This document shows, one piece after another, positions 1 to 12,773 of a stretch of 64,000 nucleotides of DNA (within the stretch, counting starts at the first letter, position 1; every line of letters starts with the position of its first letter). The position numbers and the translations under genes are program-made. The stretch spans positions 28,892,001 through 28,956,000 of the forward strand of contig OX597833.1 of NCBI GenBank assembly GCA_951406725.2, given 5' to 3'. The notes beneath the pieces were generated by a model. The model did not search any database and was not told the DNA's origin. It saw only the letters and a list, made by a program, of their open reading frames with translations. Origin of the DNA: Octopus vulgaris (taxonomy: Eukaryota).

Positions 1-395
1 GCACACACATACAGACACTTGTACAGACAATTATGCACTCTCACTGACGTACATAATAACACATTAACGAGAGTTATACACATTCATGTTGTACATTAAC
101 AGTCGTATGCACTCATGCAAGTGTGCACATACACGCTCACACGTACACATGCGCACTGCATCAATTTACCCATTCTTTATAAACACACACAAACACATAC
201 AGATATGTATACCGATTTATAAACACATTCTCTTATTTCAAACGCATACATATACATACTTTCTCACGCTACCCACCTACCTACATATACACAAGACACA
301 CTTGTACATTTAAAAGGGGGTATTTACACATAGATATAATGACCACATACACGTAAAACTTATATAGGGACGAGTATGTATGTGTGTAAATACAT

Positions 396-532
<137 letters not shown>

Positions 533-1111
533 TATATATAACTATATATATACTCACATACATGCATACATACGCATAAAGTTTTTATATCCGTAAGCAC
601 CGACGCATACATACAACGGATCTCAAACATGCACACTAAGATACAGGAACTCCCAGACTTCTGCATGTAGACACGTACGCAACGCACATGCAGATAGGTG
701 CATACACACGCAGACACGCATATAAGCACACACACAAGTAGACTCACAGACACACACACACGCAAGTAGACTCATGCATACACATTTGCAGACACACTTT
801 CTGACACACAGCAATATACACACACACACAAACACATACACACGCAAGCAGCGTGTATGTACATTATAGGATTGGTTGTGTCTTGCATAGTAACTGCTGA
901 CGAAAATATTTTACAAGGTTAACATTTCGTGAGATTGATGTCCTAGTTATACAGAGAGAGAGAGACAGCTATTGGTTGGTGGTGGTCGTTACAGACCACC
1001 ACCACCACCATCATCATCATCAGCACCACCACCACCACCACCACCACCACCACCACCACTGCCACTACTACTGCTGTTGCTGCTGCCTACACTACCTTCT
1101 TTGACACGGTT

Positions 1112-1145
<34 letters not shown>

Positions 1146-2499
1146 TGCACGTGCGTGTGTTTGTGTGTATATGAATGTGTGTGTGTGTGTGTATTTCACT
1201 ATAATTCACTTCCCCCTATCTATCACTTTTTCTCTCTAACTCTGTACCTGTATCTCCTTATATATTTATATATCTTTCTTTCTCCCGACTTCATACAATC
1301 CTCTCTCTAGTTTATAATTCACTCTGTCTACTTACACACTCGTACCTGTTTTTCACTGCCTCTCACCTTCTCAGTCAGTTTCTCTCTCACTCTATCAAAG
1401 TGTACACTCTTTGCCTACTCACTTCTGTCTCTCCATATATTATTTGATATTTCAAACTTTCATTTTTCTATCTTATATGGACCGTCATTCCTCTCTTTCC
1501 CTCCCTCTTTCTTATTGACCAAAATCTCTTTCTCTGCTCCCGTTTCTGTCTCTTTCTGTCTGTCTGTCTCTCTCTCTCTCTCCCTCTCTGCCTTTTCCTC
1601 TTTCCCTCCCTCTTTACCTCTCTCATGCGTGCTAATATCTTATACTTTCTCTCCGATTCATCTTTACTAATAGCTTGAATATCTCTTCTCCTTCATCTCT
1701 GTCACTCCCTAACACTTTCCAGTCTTTCATGCTCTCTCTCTTTAATAACTATAAATCTATCTACCCTCTCCGTTTCTCTCAAAACTTCCCTATAATGTAT
1801 ACAGTGTGCGGGCGGGAGGGCGTTTGTATGCGTGTGCGTGTCACTGAATGTATACATGTTTAGGTATAAAGTAGGGTGGAGGTGCGCGTCTGTCTGTTGT
1901 AAATCTGCATGCCCATAGTTTCACGCTGGCCTTTCTTTGTATGGGCGTTTGGAAATGCACAGACGGAGATCTCAGTTGATATGTGCGTATGCAAATATGT
2001 GTTTGTGTGTCTGTTTTTGAATCCTTTTGATAGCTATCTACTCACCACCATGCCTAAAAATTCCCCCGTTAGACGATCTAATTCCCTTTCTGCAAACATC
2101 ATTCACTGACATTTTGCCGACCAGATCTTCAATAGATTCTTTAGACTCTCTACCGTCATGCTTACATGCATACACCTCCATGTGTGCGTGCGTGCGTGTG
2201 TGCGTGCGTGTCAAAAAGTACTCAATACAAAAAAAAGTAGAATTATATTTTATTGAAAGCTGAAAGTTCATAAATCGGAACTCCGAGTTTTACCTGGTTT
2301 GAAGAGCTGAAACGAGGGGCTCAGAGTAAATGATTTGTAAAAATTCAGCCTCCAATGACATACATATACAGATATATATATATAAGCACACACAGGCATT
2401 CACACACGTGTATGCATATATATATATATATATAGGGAGAGTTTACGAAAAAAACAAAAGACGAAGACAAGTGGTGTACAAAACAAGCAGATGTATTAG

Positions 2500-2553
<54 letters not shown>

Positions 2554-2556
<3 letters not shown>

Positions 2557-3727
2557 AGCAATATCGTCTCTCAGTGCTATCTTCACTGTTTGAGAAGAGT
2601 ATATAGAATGACCTCGGTCGAGATTACAAACAGCTTTGGCTAGTTCAACATTGATGTAAACACTAATTCGATTGGCTGACACGTTGGTCTCTACTACGCT
2701 CGCACCGCTGGTTATAACTTGGCGCAAAATGTCTCGACTTATTTTCGCGCCATAGTTCCAAGCAGCCAATCACAGCTTTCCATTTCGGAAGTTCATTGGG
2801 AGCCATGTAAAGCCTATAAATAAGGTTTCTCAGAAGAATATTCGTCTTAGGTTTCCAGTCCTTCTCAGGGCGAACCTCTGACCACACAGAGCTCGTCTTA
2901 GGTTTTTAGTTCTTCTCAGAGCTAAACCTCTGACCACACAGCTCGTCTTAGGCTTTTAGTTCTTTTAAGAGCTAAGTCTCTGACCACACAGAGAATACTC
3001 GACCAAGTTCCAGTTTCGAGGCAGGCGACCACCATTAATACAAGATGTTACAGATACCTCTCATACTGTTAGTGTGAAAAATCACCATGAAGAAAACGGT
3101 TACAAGATATCTATAACTAGAGAAAAATAACCAAGCAGAACATATAATGAAGAAGCAGCAAGAACCAATCGACAAACATCGAAGATTTAAATTGTACACG
3201 AGACAACTACAGATTCAACGATAGCGGTTAGGTGAAATTCTCGCCACGAAGAAAACGGCTACAGTAACATGTCTGGAAGTATATTCATATCAAGAGAAAG
3301 ATAAACACAACGAGTGATTCAATTAATCTCAACTGCGACATGCAATATCTTGATATAGTGTACCTCATAAACGGTAAATCAATTATCTGTTCTTGGGTTC
3401 TAGTTTCTTCTAAGAACTACCTTAAGCCATCTGTTATTACCTGTTGCCAAGCCGATACCAACAACATTAACTGTGAATCAAATCCCATCGTTAAATCACT
3501 GGTCAGTTACCTTTTTACGCCTAACGAACACACAGACACAAAAACATGCGAACACTTACAAACTTCCAACATCAAACATGATTGTAAAATATGTAAAATA
3601 AATAATGTATATATCTTAAAAAGAAATCTTGTTGTCATTCCAAACTTATGTGTATTGCCGCTGCATGTAAAATATAGTCAGTAAAATATATTATTAAGAA
3701 TAGGATCACGTTCTTATTTTTATAATA
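2554..3727. mobile_element. Possible solo-LTR-like insertion in a (TA)n tract
   Basis: Non-repetitive block starting TGTAGC right after (TA)n and ending at another TA-rich stretch. TATA-like CTATAAATA at ~2815, internal ~50-bp tandem repeat, no ORF. No clean 3' CA terminus. Confidence 0.3.
2842..2993 (+). repeat. Tandem repeat, ~50-51 bp unit x3
   Basis: TCGTCTTAGG...CTCTGACCACACAG recurs at 2842, 2893 and 2943. Confidence 0.9.
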
Positions 3728-3850
3728 TATATAGCAATTAAGGACAACTACTTAATAAGGAAAACTTAACAAGAAATTGTCAGGTAGATAGCGTGAAAAC
3801 CTCATAAGAGAAAACATTTCGAAAATAATTATTTCTTATTGAACATATTA

Positions 3851-3990
3851 ATTTATATATAGAGGGCATTATACATACATGCCAGAGGGCATTATACATA
3901 CATGCCACACGCTAAGAGGGACAATTAGTCATTGACTAATTGTCCCTCTTAGCGTGTGGCATGTATGTATAATGCCCTCTATATATAAAT
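3851..3990. repeat. Perfect fold-back palindrome (48-bp arms, 1-nt centre) in a PLE-like AT-rich module
   Basis: 3884-3931 is the exact reverse complement of 3933-3980; 3851-3860 pairs with 3981-3990; 23-bp duplication (3861-3883) in the left arm. Confidence 0.9.
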
Positions 3991-4020
3991 ATATATATAT
4001 ATATATTATTTTATAGAAGG

Positions 4021-4071
4021 AGCTTCTACATGACTAGAACTGTTTCATTCAGATGAAATCTTCTGGAAGCT
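4021..4071 (-). ncRNA. Degenerate type I hammerhead ribozyme motif
   Basis: Minus strand: AGCTTC-CAGAAGA-tttcatctgaat-GAAA-cagttctagtcatg-TA-GAAGCT. Stem I AGCTTC/GAAGCT is perfect; the core reads CAGA instead of CUGA. Confidence 0.55.
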
Positions 4072-4108
4072 GGCTGTCATATATATATATATATATATAT
4101 ATATGTAT

Positions 4109-4185
<77 letters not shown>

Positions 4186-4186
<1 letters not shown>

Positions 4187-6345
4187 TAGCTGAAGGTGAC
4201 CCGCTCTACTCGCGGGTAAGAGCGTGGTTGTTACTTTCTGTTGCTTCCTTTCAGCACGTAAAAAGCACCATCCGAACGTGGCGGATTGCAGCGCCGCCTT
4301 GACTGGCTTCTGTGCTGGTGGCACGTAAAAAGCACCAACCGATCGTGGCTGCTGCCAGCCCCCCTGGAACACTCAACCATAGAACACTCAACCAAGTTTC
4401 CCGAGCTCTGGTCATAGACCATAGAACACTCAACCAAGTTTCCCGAGTTCTGGTCATAGACCATAGAACAGTCAAGCAAGTTTCCCGAGTTCTGGTCATA
4501 GACCATAGAACAGTCAAGCAAGTTTCCCGAGTTCTGGTCATAGACCATAGAACACTGAAGCAAGTTTCCCGAGTTCTGGTCATAGACCACAGAACACTCA
4601 ACCAAGTTTCCCGAGTTCTGGTCATAGACCATAGAACACTCAACCAAGTGTCCCGAGTTCTGGTCATAGACCATAGAACACTTAGCTAAAATCTAATTTC
4701 TACCTAGTCTGAACCAATCAATCCGCCGCAGTCTTCATCCACACAGAGCTTACTCAACCATGTTCCAGTTCCAGCGACAGACGACCAGACCAGCCAGTCA
4801 TGTTCCTGCTCCAGCCAATGACGACGCTAACATACACCAGCAACGCCACCGACGCCTTCATCTCAACGTCGCCTTTCTCTGCCGTCGCCATCACCATCGT
4901 CGTCCTTCACCTTCACGTCGTCTCCATCTCCGTCGCCTTCATCTCCAGCAACACTAATATGTACATAGCACTCATTCAGGTTTAGCTTTCACGCTGTTAT
5001 GATTTTCACCAAGGTTAACAGCACAGCACTACCTGCGAGATCTTCTGTACCAATGTAACCTGGCACAGCATTGAAGCCACAACCACTACACGACATGGGT
5101 TCAACCGGCATCTGCACTTGTGATCCGAACATCCTGTTACAGAACGAACTGCTATTATGTACTTTACTACGAACTGGTAAATTAACTCGATCTTGTCTGA
5201 AATACCCTGAGAGACTTTTCCTATGCGCTGTAATTTGTTTTGCCCGCATACACCTTGTTTGTACTTCTGTCGCACACACGAACACACATAGTTAATACAC
5301 ATACAAATGCTATCTCTGTCACATTCATACGCCACACATGCCTTTCTCGCTTGTTTTCCATGCTCAATGTGCCCTTGTAAACATAACTCATCTCTGTAAG
5401 ACCCTAGGTCGGTCACGCATACATAGAGAAAGTTGTTTGTCCCTTACAACGCGCCAGCATGCCACACTTTTGTTCCTGCACGACCGAAGCATATAATAGC
5501 TCAAGCACTGGCTGGCAGCCTCAGCCTTACCGCATTAATCACTGGGATATTCAATACTGTACACTGTATTTCAGCCTAGCAAGTCCTATTGCACTCATGC
5601 ACCTCTGTTCTGCACGTGTACTCCCTTGTTTTGCAACACGTCTGCGTCAGCTCATTTCTTCTCCCGACTCAAAGTACGTCGGATGTTCACATGCGCTGCG
5701 CTCATATTTAGGCATAATTTCCCCCTGTTAGACCCCTGTTGGTCACGTAATTAACAGAGAAAATTATCTGTCTCGCACCCAAGTTGCACCCAAAAAGTGT
5801 AAAGAAGCAACCAGTTCCCTTTACGTAACTATCAAAAAGTATTAAAAAGTTTAATATACTTAAATACAGATATATACATTATATATACATATTTATATAT
5901 AGAACACACACACACACATATATATAAACGCTCGTTGGTGTGTTCTGTTTGTATTTGGTCGATGGGCGCGTTGACAGGTAGACAATAGAATGCGGTGGCG
6001 ATGGCGATGGAATATTTGTTTCTCTGTATGAATGCAGACAGATACATGAGTAAAAGTTATGGGAAGCTAAGAGATAGAGTGAGTGAAAATGTTCTTACAT
6101 TAAACAACGGGAGTGGACTTGTCAAAGTTATATATGAAGGGGAGTTCGAGGGGAATGTTGGAAATAGCGCGAGTGAGGAAGATGGCCCCTAGCAACCACA
6201 CCTTTTAAGATAGGGATTTCTAAGGTAGCCCACGGGCATCGTCACCTCATTCTACATGTCCCTGTAAATTTTGGAGCGAATCGGACGGGACGTAGTGGCA
6301 TTGAAAGCGATCCAAGCGGTAAAAACGCATTTCAGCTTTATATAT

Positions 6346-6348
<3 letters not shown>
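4186..6348 (-). mobile_element. Non-autonomous Helitron-like element with internal captured sequence
   Basis: Minus-strand 5' end TCTATATATAAAGCTG at 6348; 3' hairpin ACCCGC/GCGGGT (4199-4217) followed by CTAG (4186-4189); (TA)n on both flanks. That the two ends belong to one element is inferred. Confidence 0.55.
4376..4682 (+). repeat. Minisatellite, 42-bp unit x~7.3
   Basis: ACCATAGAACACTCAACCAAGTTTCCCGAGTTCTGGTCATAG repeats; explains the 14-aa repeat ORFs in three frames. Confidence 0.95.
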
Positions 6349-6388
<40 letters not shown>

Positions 6389-6462
6389 CACAAGCATATA
6401 AACGTATAAATGTGTATGTATTTGTGTATATGTATGTATGTATATATACACACACACACATA

Positions 6463-6546
<84 letters not shown>

Positions 6547-6588
6547 CATACATATATCAAAATATGTAACAAGGATATCCAGAGGTAA

Positions 6589-6680
6589 TGCAGTACGATC
6601 GTTTCATACAACTCTATTTAATTGAAAAATGAAATCATTTCATTACATCAATTTAAAATGTAGAGCAATCTTCAGCTGTA
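6589..6680 (-). ncRNA. Type I hammerhead ribozyme motif, intact core
   Basis: Minus: CAG-CTGAAGA-[long stem II, CTCTA...TAGAG]-GAAA-CGATCG-TA-CTG. Palindromic stem III, GUA cleavage triplet, short stem I. Confidence 0.7.
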
Positions 6681-6929
6681 CAAAGACATAGAATTTAATT
6701 AAATTAGAGCAGAAGGACACATTAGTATAATTTTACCTAAAATCTCCAAGAAGTTAAGGAGATAGACAAAGAACATGTACCAGCAACATCATAGTTATTA
6801 CTCTATAGTTGCAACTACGATGTGACCTGGCATTGTGACCTGGCATTTTCTTCTACTCTGCAGTTTTGTAGGTTCTCCTGGGCATTTTTCTTTTCTTTAA
6901 AAAAAACTATTTCATCACAGTAGAATACC

Positions 6930-7667
6930 TCTCTGTGTGCACGAAATTCTCAGCTGCCTTCTAGTCAGAATTCGCTGTTATGAACACCAGTCCGCTTCTT
7001 GAAATTATTGAACCATCTGCGACTGGCCTTAAAAACGTTTGCTAATGTCTCCTCTGTCGATGTTCCAGAGTTCTACTTCAGGAGATCCCCATACAGCGCT
7101 CGTACTTTCTCGCAGAGGATGGTTTCCGTAACCGTATCCTCTGCGAATTGCTTCTCGTTGATCCACAGAAGAAGAAATTTTTCCATCTTTTCGTAGACAG
7201 ATGTGCGTTGCTTGGAGAGCCTGGAGATACCCTTTGCTGTTGTAACGGCCTTGATCTCGTCCTTTTTATCCAGGATGATGCAGATCGTCGAAGTGCTTCG
7301 GTCGTATTGACATACTATGTCCACTACACGCACTACTCTCTCAGTACTGTCCTTTGCACTAACTTTCTTAGGACCCATGGTTAACACAACTAATTATTAT
7401 AAAATAATAGAAAGAACGTACAAAACTAAAAAAAACAAAAAAACACTGGGCTGTTGCCACAACGAGATTAACACGTGAACAGAGCGAGAGGTGGCTGCGT
7501 TTGTTAGGAAAGCGTATGCGAGCTCAGCGCCGATTAGCGGTCGCTTGTATAAAACTCGTTCATACTGCGGATTTCCAGTTATAGATTAAGACAAAAATGT
7601 GCACGAGCCGAGGCTCGTAGAGCAAATTACTGATACAATGGTGCATTTGTACTGTTAGGTTCTACTG
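6930..7667 (-). mobile_element. Tigger/pogo-family DNA transposon, 5' fragment (CENP-B-type HTH)
   Basis: ORF 7073-7387 MGPKKVS...MEKFLLLWINEKQ...ILCEKVRALY, continuing FKASRRWFNNFKKR; TA-CAGTAGAACC TIR-like end at 7667. Confidence 0.85.
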
Positions 7668-7699
<32 letters not shown>

Positions 7700-8022
7700 T
7701 GTATGTATGTATACTTCACCTTTCTTATAAGCATTTGCCCCGAGTCCCAATACCCAATACCCGAACTGTCCGGATGAAAAGAAGGATCCTTTATATGCTC
7801 ACGTAATCTACTACAAAAACCAACCAAATCTTTATAACTTCACACTACCAACATAAAGACACATTAGAATTGGTAGTCTGAGATATACCGAGAAAGGAAA
7901 CTGCTTATTATTGGAACGTTTTTAATCATAGATTCCATGATTGGTTAATCATCAAGGTTGGTTAATCATCAACAACATTAACAACAACACACTATTGATT
8001 GTTGGTTCCAGTAACTTAGGTG

Positions 8023-8023
<1 letters not shown>

Positions 8024-8073
<50 letters not shown>

Positions 8074-8113
8074 GTTGTTGTTGTTATTATTATTATTATT
8101 ATTATTATTGTTA

Positions 8114-8165
<52 letters not shown>

Positions 8166-8171
8166 CATTAT
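8024..8171. repeat. (TTA)n/(TTG)n microsatellite
   Basis: Directly visible. Confidence 0.95.
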
Positions 8172-8640
8172 TGAGTGAGAGAGCAGCATAAGCCATCAAA
8201 GTGACACTGGAGTACAAATATACGAAGCCCATTACACCTATCATGACTACCCGTCTGATAAGGGTACATTACAGCCATATGTAATCAACATGGTGATTTC
8301 ATATCAAGATAAATAGAGCATGTCCTTGCAGGTGGGGCCCAGTTAGAATTTTCTTCTAGTCGAATAGCCCATCCTGCTCAAAAGGTTCCTGAATTAGGTT
8401 TGTTTAAGGATGACGAACGAAACACCCATATTTCCAGAGATGAATTATTCTAACTCCAAAGAATTCTTCTTGACATAGTCGTGATCAGAGAAGAACATAT
8501 TGTCAGCCACTAAGGGACATGCTCAACTGGTTAAGGTCAAGCAACTGACGAGCAAATTTGTGGCACTGAGCAGAATATCATGTACGTAACACTTCCAATC
8601 AGTTAAGATCAGAAGTTATGATAGTATTGCATCAGGGCAT
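8172..8640 (-). mobile_element. 3' UTR-type fragment of a (TAA)n-associated non-LTR retroelement
   Basis: Reverse complement matches 41608-41746; both copies end CTCTCTCACTC directly followed by (AAT)n. Confidence 0.55.
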
Positions 8641-8744
8641 TTATCATCATCATCATCATTGCATGTCCTTTAATGTTGCATTATGTAAGCCCCTGCGGAT
8701 AATAAAAATGTTATTATTATTATTATTATTATCATTATTATTAA

Positions 8745-9338
8745 GGCGGCGAACTGGCAGAATCGTTGGCACGCCGGACGAAACGCTTAGCAGAATCGTT
8801 AGCACGTCGGGCGAAATGCTTAGCGGTATTTCGTCTGCCGTTACGTTGTGAGTTCAAATTCCGCCGAGGTCGACTTTGCCTTTCATCCTTTCGGGGTCGA
8901 TAAATTAAGTACCAGTTAAGCACTGGGGTCGATATAATCGACTTAATACCTATGTCTGTCCATGTTTGTCCCCTCTATGTTCAGCCCCTTGTGGGTAATG
9001 AAGAAATAGAAATAGGTATTTCGTCTGCCGTTATGTTCTGAGTTCAAATTTCGCCGAGGTCGACTTTGCCTTTCATCCTTTCGGGGTCGATTAAATAAGT
9101 ACCAGTTACGCACTGGGGTCGATATAATCGACTTAATGTGCTTGTCTGTCCTTGTTTGTCCTCTCTGTGTTTAGCCCCTTGTGGGTAGTAAAGAAATAGG
9201 TATTTCGTCCGGCCTTACCTACTGAGTTCAAGTTCCGCCGAGGTCGACTTTGCCTTTCATCCTTTCGGAGTTACGCGCTGAGGTCGATGTAATCTACTTA
9301 ATCCCCTTCCACAAGCTGGCGTTGTGGCAAAAATTTGA
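8745..9338 (+). mobile_element. tRNA-derived SINE family A, multimeric copy
   Basis: GGCGGCGAACTGGCAGAATCGTTAGC head, B-box-like GAGTTCAAATT, core GCCTTTCATCCTTTCGGGGTCGAT repeated 3x; same family at 27577, 39975, 49310, 53432. Confidence 0.85.
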
Positions 9339-9381
9339 AATCATCATCATCAACATCATCATCATCATTGTTTTTTTTTTC

Positions 9382-12110
9382 CTTCTTTCTTCAAATTTCT
9401 TCCATTTCTCGCCGGGTATTTTCCGTACACCTAGAGCAGAGAAGCTCATTGTATGCATTCCCAGATTACACACGCAAATTCACAGGTAAAATATGTATTT
9501 AAAAAAATTAATAAATAAATAAATTCATGAATGGATATTGTTTCCACAGCGATAGTGCTCTTCTCAGTACATGAGTCGTTCCAGTTAACACGATTTTTGC
9601 ACTTCCTGTAGCGATGATAAGCCTGGTATCATTTTCAAATAGGTTTCAGTACTTTTTTTTTTTATCATTCCTAGAGAGTCTACAATCACTGGTACTGTAG
9701 TCGCCTTGAGATGCCACATTTTTTCTATTTCTATTAGCAAGTCTTTATATTTACTGATCATGTCAAATTCTTTCGCCGCTATATTGTGATCGCAAGGAAT
9801 ACTCATGTCAATTAATAAACACGTTTTTGTCTGATCTTTTATAATAATATCCGGTTTATTAGCTTTTATAATTTTGTTGGTATGTACGGGGAAGTCCCAG
9901 AGAATCAACAAATTTTCTCCCTCAGTCACAGCTTCAGGATCGGTTTTATACCATTTGTCAGTGGTTTTGATTTTATAATGCCGACATATTGTCCAGTATA
10001 AATACTGGCCGGCTCTGTCATGTCTTGCTTTATATTCTACAGGTGCTAAGTAACCATTGATGCGTGTGTTTCTGGTCGACATCAGCTTGTTTGCTACGGG
10101 CCACATACTTGCCATGCAGAGGTTTCTGTTCCCATCTGCTAGCTAATTTTTCATTTGCTTTTGTCTTTGCAATTAATTTTATTATTTTCTTTGCAGCAGC
10201 AGTTGGCGCATTTCCTTCAACTTGATCAATCTGGCAGGTATCTAAGAGATCAGTAGCGAATGTTTTGCTCTCTTTCAAAATTGAGTGAAGTTTTTTCGGT
10301 CTTTCATGTTTTTCAGCAAGTTTTAGAATCCAATCGTTGGTTTTTTTTCAAGGTATTTGGCCAGTCCGATTGTGGTGGTTTTGTACGTAAGTTCAAGCTG
10401 AATCAAGCCTCGATATCCCTGAACTCTGGGAAGGTAAAGGCGATCCACGTCTGCCTTTAGATGGTACATCTTATTACAAGTCAGTAGCTTGCGGATTTTT
10501 CTGTCAACTTTTATTATTTCACTGGTATTCCAGTTAAGCACATTGAAGCTATAAAGAACAACTGAGACTGCTAAGGAATTTATGGCTAACACCTTATATG
10601 CATTCAGCTCAGACTTCAGGACTGCTCGAACTCTTCTATAACATTCCTTCCTAACCTACTCTTTCATGTTTGCATGCTGGATACCAGAGCCTTCATTTAT
10701 TCCTAGGTGTTTATAGGTTTGTTCCTGCTCAAGTTCCTTTATTACTGTTTCGACATCTAATCCGATGGAACTTGACTTTTCCAATTTCCCTTTCTTAAAA
10801 GTGGCTTTGGCACACTTTTCAAGGCCAAACTCCATCCCGATATCCTCACTGAAACCTTTCACAGTATGTAGTAGTCCTTCAAGCTCTTCATCATCTTTGC
10901 CATATAGTTTTAAATCATCCATATAAAATAGATGGCTTATTTTCCTGTTGTCAATTTTGTAGCCATACCCTTTTCTATTCAGTTCACTTGAGAGTGGTAT
11001 TAGTGCTATGCAGAAAATTAGTGGTGAAAGTGAGTCACCTTGAAAAATGCCACAGTTTATGCTAATATTGTTTGAGCGCAATACTCCATTAGAATGATAT
11101 AATTGGAGCTTCGTGTTCCATAGTGACATATTATACTTTAAAAAATCTGAAATCACAGGATAAATTTTTAAAATTTCCAGCGAATTCAGAATCCACGAAT
11201 GTAGTATGCTATCAAAGGCTTTTTTTATAATCAATCCATGAAGAACTAAGATTTCTGCGCTTGTTATAGCAGTTCTCAAGGATCATGCGATTAATTAGGA
11301 GCTGATCTTTGCAACCATATGAGCCTCGTCTGCATCCTTTTTGTTCAGTGGGAAAGAGGTTATTCTCTTCAATAAACATATATGCTTTCTCCACTAGAAT
11401 AGATGTCAAAATATTATAGGTATTAGACAAATATGTTATAGGCCGGTAGTTTTTGGGGTTTTTGGTTTCGTTATTTTTGGAAAGGAGGTAAGTAATACCA
11501 TTTGCCATCCAATGGGGAGTTTTTTCCGGGTCTTTCATGATACTATTAAATAGTATTACTAACCTTTTGTGTGCAAACGAGAGTGATGGGAGCCAGAAAT
11601 TTGGTACTCTATCTATACCAGGGTATTTCCACTTATGAGCTTTCGTTAGTGCCCTCCTTAGGTCGGCGATTGAGATGTCTTCCCATACCTGTTCTTGTAG
11701 ATTTTGTAGGCATCCTGGGTGCGTTTGATCCAGTCTGCATTTTCATTGTATGGTTTCTCATCACTCCAGATCCCTTCCCAAAAGTTTTCAACTTCTTCCA
11801 TTAGGGGTGGATTTTCAATAGTTATTTTTTCTATCCCCATTTCCCTGTAAAATGATTTGGCATTGAATTTGAACATCTCATTCTGCCTGTAGCATTTGAT
11901 TCTTTTCTCAAATCTGTGTATTCTTTGAGCTATTGCTTGAACTTTTTGTTTAAGTGAATCTTTCGCTGACATTAGTTCTTCTCTTGTTAAGAATCCATAT
12001 TTTCTCACAATCTTCCTGCCTTTTCTTGATCTTACACCATTTCCAGAGATTAGCTCAGTAAATATTGATATCTCCCTTCGCAATGATTCAATCTCAGTTT
12101 CAATTCTACT
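9382..12110 (-). mobile_element. R4/Dong-clade non-LTR retrotransposon (RT + restriction-like endonuclease), 5'-truncated, frameshifted
   Basis: Fragmented ORFs carry NYRPIT, QKGCRRG, GIFQGDSLSP, HLFYMDDLK, then RHD...KPDI...LID...KY REL motifs. Confidence 0.9.
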
Positions 12111-12118
12111 CCTCCTAT

Positions 12119-12164
<46 letters not shown>

Positions 12165-12173
12165 GTCATCATC

Positions 12174-12204
<31 letters not shown>

Positions 12205-12738
12205 TATTCTCTTTATCACAGGTTTTGTTGGAGCTCCTGGAGTCTTACATGCGTAGCAGGCTTACTACCTGCAGCCTACGGTACCATGCTATTTGTTCTT
12301 TTCAGCTAACTAATACTTTCCTGATTATTCTGGCTGTGCCAAGGAGGCAAACCTTTTGTAACAGTTCTACTGGGAACTCTATTCTAGTTTCCTTTATATT
12401 ACTCTTGATGCCTTTTGATACTGTTCCTAAGGGCCCAACAATAATTGGCATATCTTCACCATCTTCATTTTCTATAGCCGGGCTATTTCGTACTTAAGAG
12501 GCTTGTATCTATCGATCTTTTCACCTTCCTACTTGACTATTCGTGGGTCAAAGGGGCATGCAATATCAACTATATAGCATATATGGTGCACCTTGTCTAC
12601 CACCACTAGGTCCAGTCTGTTATACTCCAGCACCTGATCTGTTTGGATTGAGAAATCCCAGAGGATTTTGCAAACCACCGAATACGCCACTCTGCGATTT
12701 GTGCACATACCACGTCTTGCCTCTCTCTAGCCCCCACT

Positions 12739-12742
<4 letters not shown>
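12205..12742 (-). mobile_element. Second R4/Dong-like fragment (REL endonuclease end)
   Basis: Minus translation KILWDFSIQTDQVLEYNRLDLVVVDK...IVDIACPFD...EKIDRY; (TTA)n on both flanks. Confidence 0.8.

Positions 12743-12773
<31 letters not shown>

Noticed and set aside
891-949. Possible hammerhead (TAACTG-CTGACGA...GTC-CTAGTTA)
   Set aside because: The GAAA core reads GTGA and stem III does not pair; at best a heavily decayed copy.
2027-2271. Protein-like short ORFs on both strands with splice-like signals
   Set aside because: No matching acceptor/donor pair on either strand and no recognisable homology.
4231-4689. 14-aa repeat proteins / CRISPR-like periodicity
   Set aside because: Head-to-tail 42-bp minisatellite with no unique spacers; open in several frames by chance; eukaryotic context with no cas genes.
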